This document shows, one piece after another, positions 23,468 through 35,109 of a DNA stretch of 64,000 nt. The first letter of the stretch is position 1. Each line of letters starts with the position of its first letter. The DNA is taken from positions 1,614,001 through 1,678,000 of the forward strand of contig CM119373.1 of NCBI GenBank assembly GCA_051294905.1, read 5' to 3'. The stretch comes from Botryllus schlosseri. Taxonomy: Eukaryota. The translations under genes were made by a program, and so were the position numbers. The notes under the pieces are model-generated. The model was not told the DNA's origin, did no database searches, and saw nothing but the letters and a program-made list of their open reading frames with translations.

Positions 23468-24435
23468 AGGCTGTATCAGACGAGGCGATGTCGGCGGAGC
23501 GCTAGTGTTTGTTTTATCATCGCTACCATCGGCCGAATCGCCGCCGATTTTAATTGACAGTGTCAATTAACTCGGCGATGAGAGAAGTGGGAGATGCGCT
23601 CATGCGTATCCATATATAAACCAGTGTCGAGACTTGAATAGCGTCACTTTTGCTCAAGCCGTTTGGCGGACGGACCTTCTGGCGAGGCATTGCGAAACGA
23701 ATTACTTCGATGTAGTACTAAATTATTGAGCTGCTCCACTTATCCAGTATAGGCCGGCGTTGCAAAATCGGATGTACCCACCACCTTCAAGTAGCACCAG
23801 CACGCGCACATTCTTCTACAGCTATCATGGCAGTCAAAACTCGTGCTACTTTCAACTTTTTTGACCTACCCTTACAAATACCATACTACCATGGTTCCGT
23901 TCTGTTCGGATTTTCTGGATTATGGACAAGATTTTTAGGATTTGCATGGGTATTTGGATGAGATTGTTCGTATCCGGAAGGATTGCTCCTCAGAGCTTTG
24001 AGCAGTCGGATGGATTCGGATTCTCAGAAATCACTATCCGCCCATCACTGATCATAATACGGTAGTATGTACTTGTACACTGTACAGCAGAGGTCTCAAA
24101 CTCAAATGTGCTCGCGGGCCAGTTTTCCAGTTTTAACGACGCCGCGGGCCGCAGCATTTATAGGGGTATTTTATGTCTTTCGAAGTAGGCCTTCTTTGGC
24201 GGGAATGAATTGTCCTATTGAAAGTGAGCGGGCCGCGTGTTTGAGACCTCTGCTGTACAGTGTACCTGACCTGTACAACAACATAAAACCGATTCGCAGA
24301 TGTCAATCATCCCCGAGCAGGTTTAAATGCAACGGTTCAACGCCTTCTGAAACTAATCAAGTGCAACGATCTCTCACATGATAGTAGAGAATATATCGGC
24401 CGATATCGCCGGCATCGCCTCGTCTGATACGGCCT
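23468..24435. mobile_element. PIF/Harbinger non-autonomous element
   Basis: TIRs AGGCTGTATCAGACGAGGCGATG / CATCGCCTCGTCTGATACGGCCT; 3-bp TSD TTA (23465-23467, 24436-24438). Confidence 0.9.
24088..24252. mobile_element. 165-bp hAT MITE nested in 23468-24435
   Basis: TIRs CAGAGGTCTCAAAC / GTTTGAGACCTCTG; perfect TSD CTGTACAG; partial copies start at ~41300 and ~52263. Confidence 0.92.
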
Positions 24436-27400
24436 TTAAAGTCAACAGAGTATTTGAAATCTTCTGGATGTCCCTAGCATGCCAATACCTAGTTGCATCA
24501 AAGGGGATTCTTGCACATGGTGATTTTCATCTTCCATGGTTTGGAAGGTTTCGTCGGTGCGGAGGGGGGCGTCACGTTCAGGAAAGGTAATGCTGCCGTC
24601 ATATTCTCCTTCTTGGATGCAACGTTCACATGAGCTGTACCATTATGCCTTTTTAATCCTTTGATAAAAGATCGAGCCTGCGAATAGCGACCTGGTATGT
24701 TTTCCTGAATTTTCATTCCGTTCATTAATAGGTCTTTCATTTTTTCTACAATTCACTACATTCTCAAATATTCGGTTCCTGATGATGGCTTTCCTGCTCC
24801 GTAAAAGATGGCCACAACAAATGGATCAAATCCTTTCAACTCCTTTACTTCTGCGAGAATTGGATAAAGAGACGACTTTGCACTTTTGAAGAGAGGTATT
24901 CCATCTATGTTAACGTCGATGGTGATTTGTGTGGTCCTGCTTCCCTGTACTGCTCTTTCTATGGCATTTTGTAGCCCTACGTAATGATATACCCCCCCCC
25001 CCCCGACAACTTTTTAATTCCGTAGTCTTCTGTTCTCGTCGTCTGCAGCAATGTCCGGGGTCCTTAGGTAAATCTGACAGAGTGTCAATGCGGAGAATCA
25101 ACAGCAATTCCCGTAAAGCACAATGTGATATGTTATGTTTAGATGCCCAGTCTCTGAGTCGACTAGCAAAAGTACGAACTGTGTTACCAGTCAGCGTCTC
25201 CTCTTCTGAACTATCTGAACTAGACGAGTAATGAGTAGGCGAGGGAATTTCTTGCCTCTCGTGATTGATAGCAGCATCAGAACTGATGCCAAGACTTGAG
25301 GTAGTTGTGGCTTGAAAAACAGCCTCATTAGAATTTTCACTATCATTAAAAAAGGCTGTGATTGTGAATCATATTCGAGAGGGTTTCCACAAGGCTTCGA
25401 GCTATCACAGTGCATTTTTGTTAATTCAGATTGAATTTCATCCAAGTAATTTTCATAAGCTTGTTTTCCTTCTACCGATACGTGTTGTATCAGATTTATA
25501 CATTTCAAATACGTAGCTATATAGGACATCAACTACCGAAATCAGAATATTCCCGGTAATCTTAGAGCTGGCAACCAGAGCTGAAAGTCTAATTGAACCG
25601 ATATCAATCGAAACCTACTTTCGCACTGATTCCAGAAATATAAATTAAAATTTGGTTTTGGCAATATTGTAATATATATTTAGGTGTTGAGCATTTTGCG
25701 GCGCACCAATCGATATAGTGCGGATAGGTCCTAATGCGATAACACATCAGTTGTTCTCTACGCGTAACAGGCTGATTAAAGAAACATTTCGCTCATCCTA
25801 GTTAGTTACATAAATGTACCTATAATTGGAATGTTTAGCGGTTTGGAATCACAAAGTTGCGTTACCTCCGACGCCGAAACAAACACTTCTGTTATCAACT
25901 GTTAATCATTGGATTTGCTCGGACTCGGAATTTTATGGGGTTGATGTATCACGTATGCATTGTCACACTAACATGCGCACTGCGCAGCTAGAAGAAGAAC
26001 TGGTGTGTTATCATTTCTATTTGTCCAAATTCGTAAATGCGAGACACAAAATACGACAACTACTGGCATCATAAAACGTGCAGGCCCTATTCACGTTTTC
26101 AACGACTGATACAACGCAAAATAGGCAAGAATGGTAGCGACGCTGGAAAATACGTTCCAATATTATCAATTCCAATGAAATTCATGAACCGCTGAGAGCC
26201 TAATGGAACTATATAGCTGTTTTGAAAATTGGTCAGTTATGTGCAAAATAGTATACGTTACTAGTAAATTCTACGATATGCGTAAGCTTCTGTGCTATAT
26301 CATTTGTATTATCAAAATTGGTAAATATAGCCTACGCTACGACGGAAAGTATCTAACTACTCGAACAGGACGTATTCGCGTCACATCATTGGTACGCCGC
26401 AAAATACTCCGAGTGTCACAGGGAACACAGCTCGACTCCGCCAAGACGCTCTCAATGGTGTCACAATCGGTACGATACGTTGATCGGCATTCAGCTCAGG
26501 GACCCCTATTGTTCGCTATTCGGGACAACCTGTATATGGAATCGTGTCCTGTGCTCACACTATACGTTTTCTTATTTAATTAACTTGGAGAATCATCGCG
26601 GCTCGCCTGATATATCTTTTGAACTTCCAGGGCGATTATAGGATTTTAGTGCCCGGGCCAGATTTTCATTAATATTTTCGGAATCAGTGAAAAGTACCTT
26701 CCAATTGAGACTAGTTTGAGTAAATATTGCGCTCTGGTCGCCAGCGCGAAGATATTTCATGTGATGCACCTATTTCGTTGACAATTTTAGTGCTTACAGA
26801 CTACAGCAAAATACGCGAGTGATTACAGTCTTACCAGTTGCCGTTGTAATTAGTAATTACGACGTCAACATTGCGCCGCCATTCACTAAATATAGATAGA
26901 CCAGGGTTCCAGTTCCTTGGCCAGATTTAAATTGATGTTTACGTACCAACAATATAAAAATATATATAAAATAAATACTGATGGGAACTAACTACTGGGA
27001 CCCATGTGGGAACCATATGGAATATCGACACATCTTCATTGACGAAAATCGCTATCTTGAATGATTTGATTACTGAAATATAATGAGTAAAAGTCGCCCT
27101 GAGTTAAAAATAGTAGATACAAACAAAGAAGTGAGAAAGGGTATGGGATATAGGTGGGATTAGTATGGTATATCCCAGCAACTCATAGGCTCCTGGCTAG
27201 GAAATCCCACATGGAGCCTATGTGGGACCCATGTTATGAGACCCTTCAATTTTGCCAACTCATCTATCCACCTAAATACCACATGGGTACTACGGGGTTG
27301 AGTCTTGGACTATATTTTCAAACTCGAAATAGTGCCAGGTGAGTACTACATAGTGTAGTTCATACACGGATGTTGTACCATGGAAATATCTGCTGCTACT

Positions 27401-28079
27401 ATTGCTGCTGTACTTAGACGAATCATACGGTAATAAATGAAACAGAATCCAAACGAAACTCTTTAATGACCAGAAAATTGTGGAGTTTGAAGTGAATTCT
27501 CGGTTATTTTCAGTACAGCATGATTTTTGATATTAGATACGAACACAAAACTGAAGAATTTCGAGTGCTAGCTGTTTCCCGAAATATGCCCCAAGAGGCT
27601 CGAATTATCCGACGAGGCAAAAAATTCTGACCCACTCTGTGTGGAGTACCAATTGAAGCACTGCAGCAATGGAGAGAGATCCATCTGCGGCCCATTTATC
27701 GTGACATTAGACATAAGCATCGCATCATCTCTGTATTATTCAATTCGCCAGCAACTGACCGAGAAGTAGTAAAATATTATCAAATAATTAGTCATTTGAA
27801 AGCCATATGACAGGTCTTCACCATTCACCAACCCGTTTGTTTTTCAAACAACCGCTACGTCGAAGCAGCGTTGTTAATCAAGAATGGATATTTTGCTCGG
27901 GGTGTGATCACTGCGGATCATGAAACCGTGAGGAACGATGAAGGCGATACAACGTTTCTCACAAGACCGCAAAATCCGTTCCATTATAACGTCCGCAAAA
28001 TCCGTTCCATTATAACGTAACGCTGCCGGCGAATTTTTCCCGGATGTTCGATTACGCACAAGTTGGTCTTCGCACCACA

Positions 28080-28533
28080 ATGTTCGAGGAAATTGCAGGA
28101 GACGCTTTCGTGTTGATGCACTATGATGGCCGGATTAGTCGTCAACCCGGAATTCGAAGCACAAATGCACGTCTTTTGTGATATACACGTCGGCCAGGAT
28201 GGAATGGGCGGAGAAATTCTACTTCCCTTAATGGTTGAGACTCCGCCCTACGATAACTTTGTGCCGGGGGTTATCCAGGACATTGCACCAAGAAATCCAG
28301 GCATTCCAGCACCTTCGCCGGACCCCACTTCAGGTGGGGAGTCGACTCACATGGCTGCCTCTGCTTCTGCGCGGTCTGATTCGGGACTTATCCCGAAGGC
28401 GGAGCCGGCCCCGTTTGTGGCGGAAGAAATTCTCGAGGCGGAGCCTGCTGTAAGTCCTCCGCCGCCCCCTGCAGATGAAGGAAACCAAAGGCCTCGCAGA
28501 ACCATAAGGAGGCCGGAAAGATTGAATCTTTGA
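28080..28533 (+). pseudogene. Probable Gypsy pol/integrase C-terminal remnant
   Basis: Pro-rich tail ending RPRRTIRRPERLNL*, typical of Gypsy pol C-termini; upstream frames decayed, no LTR identified. Confidence 0.45.
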
Positions 28534-29872
28534 TGATTCTGATAATTGTTCATATTACCGTTTTCTTTCATTGCTTGAAGTTTCGGTGGGAAGTTTTCAT
28601 AATGTTGTATTTTACCGCAGGTATATTGCTTGTAGTTCCTGTATTTTGGTAATAGTAAGTTGGTAATAGTAAGTTAAGTCTTTTTTGTTGGCCACCTTAT
28701 GCAATTGTGTAATTATGTTTTAATGCCGTTTTTTGTCATTCTATTTTATTTTGGCCATTTGATTAGAGTTTTTTTTCTTAGCATTGTGAGGTATTTTGTT
28801 TAGTTTGTCGCTTTTATGATTTCATTTCTAAATGCAATTTTGTAATATTCAGATAATGCTTTCACAGCATCAGTTTAAAGGTTTCTAAAACATTAGTGAG
28901 CCGTTTCAATGTTGGCGTCGAGAGAATTCGGGATAAAGCGTGTGGTTTCAGCTTGTCGGAACAGATGTTTGGTGTCAATGAAGTGAGGAATAATCGTCGT
29001 TGGAGAAGGACATGTGTAAAACTATGAAAACTTTAGGGAGCATGGCGTTGTTCGGTAACGCCATGGTCCCTGAAGTTAGAGGCAGTGTTACATAATATCA
29101 CATCAATAATATAAAATAGTTGTATTCAAAGTGTTTGTGGTTGCAATGTCTGTGTATATATAGTTTATTGCCTCTCTGAGATTATACTGTTTCATGGTTT
29201 CGTCGTATATTTGCAGGAACGTATGCGTCACTATTTAAACTTCAGATAGCATGCGGTTGTTTCATGAACTCATGTCATTTGAAGTTTAACATAGCGTTGC
29301 ATAACATGACGATAATTGTCGGATGAGTTGTCTTGAAAGATTTTGTGCTTCCAAGTTTTATATACAGTGTGGTGCCGGTTTTGCACTTCCTTGTTTCATG
29401 TTGTAGGTGCAATGTCCGACACCACACTGTGTCATGACGTAGCCTTCGTCGTCGAATTAGGATCGACCTACAATTCGTATCGAAATTCTCACCATATTTG
29501 TTCGCGTATTATGACGATGGTGATAGCATTAATCCTGGTCCTTTACTTTCTTTAATGTACTAATCTTCTTCCTTCAATAACACGCGTTCATACAGTTTTT
29601 ATTTTGCGTTTATTTTTTATTTTTTGAACTTGCGTACGTGAGGAAGCTGCGTGAATGCGAACAGGCACTCTCACACAACCCAAATCATTCGAGAAACACG
29701 TTCAAAAAGCAGTAACATCACAATCGGCAAGACATCGAACAAGTTCACTTATACCCACATGACTGCAACACAGAACATTAATACAGAATGCCAACACCAT
29801 ATCAAGATATCTCGTTCAGCAGCTGCAACATCCATCGATGCCATACTTACAGGGATACCCACAAAAATTACC

Positions 29873-30677
29873 GGCGCTTCTTCGATATACGCCCGAGATC
29901 GAAACAGTGCTTCACGTAACACCATCAAGTGCTTCCCATGAGCACGATACAATTTTATAAGCGTCAAAATATTTTATTTTTGCCTTTGGAGAGACAGATA
30001 TTAGGGTTGGAGGTGGGTTAGGGTATTCCACGATTAGGGTTGGGGAAGAGGGATATTAGGGTTGGATATGGGTTAGGGTCAAAGTTGGGGTTAGGGTATC
30101 CCAAGATTAGGGTTGGGAAGGGGGATATTAGGGTTGGGGGAGGGTATAAGAGTTGGATGTGGGTTAGGGTTAGGGTCAAAGTTGAGGTTGGGGTATCCCA
30201 AGATTAGGGGTTGGGGAAGAGGATCTTGGGGGAGGGGGAGTTGGATGTGGGTTAGGGTCGAACTTGAGGTTGGGGTTTCCCAATATTACGGTTGGGGGAG
30301 GGGGTTGGATGTGGGTTAGGTATACCCTAACCTAAACTTTGACCCCAACCTTAACCCTAACCCACATCCAACCCTAATATCCCCCTCTCCCCCAACCCTG
30401 ATCTTGGGATACCCTAACCCACATCCAACCCTACTATCCCTCCCTTTTCTACCCTAATACCCCCTCACCCAACCGTAATCTTGGGATACCCTAACCCCGA
30501 CTTTGACCCTAACACATATCCAACACCAATATCTCCATCCCCCAACCCTAATATCCGTGTATTCAAATGCAAAGAACTATTTTGACGTTTATAAAATATT
30601 ATCGTGTTCATGGGGAAACAATTACGGGTGTCATGGGGAACACTGTTTTGATCTCGGGCGTATATCGAAGAAGCGCC
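29873..30677. mobile_element. Foldback non-autonomous DNA transposon (GG...CC ends, 8-bp TSD; Merlin- or MULE-like) with telomere-like internal arrays
   Basis: Arms start GGCGCTTCTTCGATATACGCCCGAGATC and end GATCTCGGGCGTATATCGAAGAAGCGCC; ~100-bp unique inverted arms; perfect TSD AAATTACC (29865-29872, 30678-30685). Confidence 0.88.
29997..30555. repeat. Head-to-head TTAGGG-containing minisatellite (G-rich 29997-~30322, C-rich ~30323-30555)
   Basis: Degenerate units like GGGTTAGGGTATCCCAAGATTAGGGTTGGGGAAGAGGGGATATTAGGGTTGGATGT, strand switch at TTAGGTATACCCTAA (~30316-30330). Confidence 0.9.
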
Positions 30678-30762
30678 AAATTACCGACCCGTCTACCCCA
30701 TCCTTACAGGGGGACCCCTTCAATCCTATCCTTTCAGGGAAATAACTGCAACACACGCACAC

Positions 30763-31310
30763 TAGGGTTGTTCAAAAAAAACTTTTTTTTCCAAATCTCA
30801 CTCGCCTGGTGACTAAATCGTCAGGTTGTCCAAGAAAACGATGCACACCAAATTTGACTCAATTCGAACCAGTAACGGCCGTGCAATCTTGAATTGAAAT
30901 TTTTAAATTATTATTAAAAATAAAAAAATTCTCAAATTTTTCTGTCAACCCCATGAAATTGTTGGAGTTTTTCGTTGAAATTTCTCGGATTATCCTTGAT
31001 TGGTGGATAATCCGCGATTTATCAACGAAAAACTCACATAAACCCGCTTCTACTGGTAGGAATTGACTCAAATTTGTTTTGCATCGTCTTTGAAGACAGC
31101 TCAACAATTTCATGGGGTTGACAGAAAAATTTGAGAATTTTTATTTTTTTATTTTTAATAATAATTTAAAAATTTCAATTCAAGATTGCACGGCCGTTAC
31201 TGGTTGGAATTGAGTCAAATTTGGTGTGCATCGTTTTCTTGGACAACCTGACGATTTAGTCACTAGGCGAGTGAGATTTGGAAAAAAAAGTTTTTTTTGA
31301 ACAACCCCTA
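30763..31310. mobile_element. Foldback MITE with ~200-bp near-perfect TIRs (TAGGG ends, 8-bp TSD; hAT-like)
   Basis: TAGGGTTGTTCAAAAAAA... arm to ~30965 is the reverse complement of ~31102-31310; perfect TSD ACGCACAC (30755-30762, 31311-31318). Confidence 0.92.
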
Positions 31311-31857
31311 ACGCACACAGATGAAGCGTCAACGAAGGACAAAAAAGCCATCCCAAACGTCAAGAGTCCAACGCTATGATTCTGATCAGCCTCGATCGTC
31401 CTCACCCGGGAGCGCCCTTTCAATGTCTTCCTTCAAAGAAAGTCACACATGCAAAAGTTCCGCCGATAAGAAAGTCAATGCAAAACAAAGTGGCTCGAGT
31501 AGTCTTCAACCAAGATAGCAAAGCACTCCTCCAAAGATGTATCTCTCTCCAGCATGTCATGACCGAAATCCAACATATCTTCAATTCTTCAGTAACACAC
31601 TGCCCGTACCGTGGTCCTGGCGTGCTCGCCACTGTAGAGGCCTTTGTTCACGGTACAGGTAAGTGTTTATTCCAACAACATAGCCCAAACCGGGCGTACA
31701 CACGTCAACACATCGGAAGAGCGGCAGACAGTCCGCTCGTCGAGACAGTCCAGCACGAAAGAGAGCGAGTACGGTACAGCATGCGTGACAACGATAATAT
31801 TGGTCACCTACGGCAGTAGCAAGCAGGGGTGCTACAGTTGGATTGCATGTTCTAGCA

Positions 31858-32774
31858 CAGGGCCGGCCAACCCATGGCCCGCGGGCCAAATTTGGCCCGC
31901 GAGAAGGTTTTGAGTGGCCCGCGAGATAATTTCGGTAATTTATAATATCATCAAAAATGGATTGCACAGATTGTGAACTTGCAAGACCAACCAAAAATTT
32001 GATTAGTCTGGCCGCAGCACTTAAGATGTGATGACTGAAATATCAGTTCCAACGCATTGGAAGACCCATCAGCCAGTCGTACACTACAATAAAGCAGAAA
32101 TATTTGAGATAGATCTATCAAAAGTAAAAATTTCCTACAAGCTTCGCGCAACATGTTGTCACTCGATTTCTTGTTTTTAATATTGTTGCCCCTTTGTGAA
32201 AATGAAAGAACGCCTAATGTATCAGATTGAGTCTAACTATATTCGCGATTACGAGACAAAGTGTTGTTCAACATATATGCGACCTTGCGTTTGCGCTCGC
32301 AGTAAGACCGTCGACTATGAAACCTAGGCACAAAAGGATTGACGCATTTCCTATACCCAAGTGTTGGAGGTTTATCTAGGCTCCTCCTCGCCACCTCATC
32401 CGCGTAAGCGGTGTCTTACAAAAAGCCTAGAAGTGGGCCGTGCTATACGTCGACAGTTACGGAATATAAATGAAGAATATCGGCCTGGTGTAAATGACCA
32501 TAGTAGTCGACAAACACCATGAATCTACCTCAAAACCAACCAACCAATTGACGCATGTTGGTCGCAGCTTTCGATATCGATATGTCCCGGCGACTAATAG
32601 CCCAGTCCTCGCAAATTTAGCCCAGCGAAATACAGCAGGCCCGCAATATAGTCAAGTGACAATATTATTGACCTATGAACTTCAAAAAAAATTCGCGCCT
32701 TGCGCGGCTAGTGGCCCGCGCAATGTTTCGTCAATCGAATGTGGCCCTTTGGCTGAAAAGGTTGGCCAGCCCTG
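31858..32774. mobile_element. hAT MITE inserted in P-like transposase
   Basis: TIRs CAGGGCCGGCCAACC / GGTTGGCCAGCCCTG; perfect TSD TTCTAGCA (31850-31857, 32775-32782). Confidence 0.92.
32348..32546 (+). mobile_element. 5'-truncated SINE (family of 59881-60165)
   Basis: 10-bp TSD ATTGACGCAT (32338-32347, 32547-32556), (CCAA)n tail; absent from the sister MITE at 15238-15910; matches reverse complement of 59881-60066. Confidence 0.88.
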
Positions 32775-35109
32775 TTCTAGCACCACGTTCTCTTTGCATG
32801 CCAAAGTGCCCTGGTTTAGTTTCCTCGTCATAACAAATTCTGCTCCGTTGCTCGGGGTTGTTTTGATAATTTCAGTGACTGATTTTGTGGCAATCCGCAA
32901 CCGTTTCTAGTCGCATCACTGAGAATCATTTTTGATCGATCAACTTCGCCTTCCAATTGAAGATTCTGGGAATTCACTTCCCAGCTATCCAAATATCCCA
33001 AGAATTCTGTGGACAGCCAGTTTACCGTGGGTAGTTTGTGTTTTCGAATGGTCTTCCTGAATCCTTGGTATTTTCGAATGGTTTTCTTGAGTCCTTGAAC
33101 TTTTTACCCTCATACTCAGTATTCATGCAATCGAACCAAGTATCAATTGTGATTAGGAATTTTGCCAACGCCTCACACCCTCTACTTTGAACAGCCTGAA
33201 AACAGCATAGGCTACAGCATAGGCTAATATGGGGTTGAGTGGCAAACTTCATTTAATACAATACCCACCCACAATTGAAGATAATGTTTGGGCGGCAATA
33301 CGCACATTCATTTTTTCCATGTATTTGGGGATGCTCCGTCCTTCACCAGTGTTACTGTCTTTGATTTATTTTTGTTCATTTCGTTACTCTTTGCGGTGCT
33401 ACTCGACTGAGAGAAGAAATTGATTCATATTATTGTTAATACTGCTTGGGTAACCCCGGCCTAGAAGAGTTCGGTCATATCGGGTCTCCCAGTCTACACC
33501 GTGTAAAATATAGCTAGGAAAATTAAAAAGAAATGTATACTATTGGACGTGAATGTTTGTGGACATTGCCTTTACTATATTTCATGGTTGACGAATAAAA
33601 GAATTCTCTCTCTCTGTGTCTCTCGCGCTGCTCTAGGTCTTTGAGGCGTCCGAACCTTGCCTTGTTCTTTTGGCGTCTTCTCGCGCCTTTACCCAATTTC
33701 TTCGGCCTGGCCCTGTAAGTGAAGCGCGTATTCATATAAACATATACAGACGTACCAATACACAGAGGGCAGATGAGCAGAGGCGGGAACAATACCTCTT
33801 ATGTTCATCGGCTTCGTTACTTATCTTGACCCTGATCTGTGAAATCGTCACATAACCGTAAGTTGAATACGCGAAATCAGACATTGCCCAAACTCGCGGT
33901 TTTAACGCGAGGCTTCCGGGACCTCGTTTTTATTCTGGTCTCGCGGGTTTGCGTTCCCTGGTCTTTGAAGACTTTGGCCATTATCAATCGTGTCGCTGTA
34001 CAGTGTCGCTGTACATAAGCTGTAATGTAGTGCAATGACAACAGTTTGCAGACGATTTCTTCCCACTGTCTTTAAAACGACGACAGATCTGTCGCGCACG
34101 CATCTGTCCAAACTCGATAGTGCACCCATCCCTCGGACGTGCGCGGTAACGATCGCATTTGGAGAACTACGTACGTGTTCGGGAGCGCAATCAACCATCA
34201 GTTGGCCTTGATTGACACACCTTAATCGAGCAGTCTGCAGTCACGGCTCATTTACGTAGCGTTGAGCGGATTCCGTAGTCCGTACCCAGTAATCGCAGCC
34301 ATGCGTTAGATTCGATGAACAGTCGTACACGCGTCAGCACAAGCCGATAAAATAAACCCGCTCCTTGAGGATTAATGTAGCACTTTCGTTGAAACGTTCA
34401 TCCGCTTGCGTTGTTTGGTGAAAGTGTTCTTGTTCACTTGCGGCGCGGCTAGGCTGCCATGAACAAATCGACAATTGCAATTGTTGCTAAGATTCTGACC
34501 TGGAATTATGTCGATGTGACGCCCCATCAAGCAAAGTCAACACTGATGGCATATAACTATGTTCACACTTACTTCGCTTAAAGTGATCTAGAAAAACAAC
34601 CCTGTGATGCTCACATACAGTAGTGATTTCTGCAGCATAACTTGACATTTTTGTTCGGTTTAAAACCAAGCCTTTGTCAGTAATATCTTAAAATTGAATC
34701 AGACCAGACCTTCTTGTCACAAAATGGAGTTCATGACAATCAATCGCTTTCTCAAAAAGGCAGCCAATACTGCAATTCTGGGGCTCAGCCATCATCGCCA
34801 AGCTATCAGAACCAATTCTAATGACGCTGCAGAACAACGTGAAAAGGGGCATTATTATAGCTTCAGAACAGCGGTTCTCAACCGGGGGTCATCGAGACGT
34901 CTGAATTTGCATTGATTGATAACCTAATTTTAAATTTATAAAATCGGGGAAATCACGAGGAAGCTGTGCTTCATAACTGCCGAAACTTCCGGACCGGACC
35001 TACATCAACAGAAGTATTGCCTGACATGAGATATCACATCGCGCAAACGCGTTTTAATTTTCAATTCGCCAATCGCCCGATGAAACGGGCGTATTGCTCT
35101 TTAAAACGG

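Larger units (their letters stand above)
23020..25150 (-). pseudogene. CMC-superfamily (EnSpm/CACTA-like) transposase relic, interrupted by MITE 23468-24435
   Basis: LPKDP, IDGIPLFKS, PFVVAIFYG..KP, ARSFIKG.K.HNG, EFCRKPRSL...WKATEFRQFLLYTGP, YNVHSLIHL..D..RYGSL, FPFES.LGKLKRLVRS motifs in order; removal of the MITE restores LLTLRPHLSEEFCRKPRSL. Confidence 0.85.
31820..33360 (-). pseudogene. P-element/THAP9-like transposase fragment interrupted by MITE 31858-32774
   Basis: MEKMNVRIAAQTLSS, GCEALAKFL..IDTWFDCMN, LSDATRNGLRI..KSV, FVMTRKLNQ, then HFGMQRERGA|RTCNPTV which rejoins across the MITE TSD. Confidence 0.82.

Noticed and set aside
29997..30555. Ancestral telomere-telomere chromosome fusion site
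   Set aside because: TTAGGG units are embedded in a longer minisatellite and enclosed by unique inverted arms and a perfect 8-bp TSD, so a transposon explains it better.
33400..34450. GC-richer block with several short ORFs upstream of the P-like fragment
   Set aside because: No domain motif, termini or splice pattern I can support.
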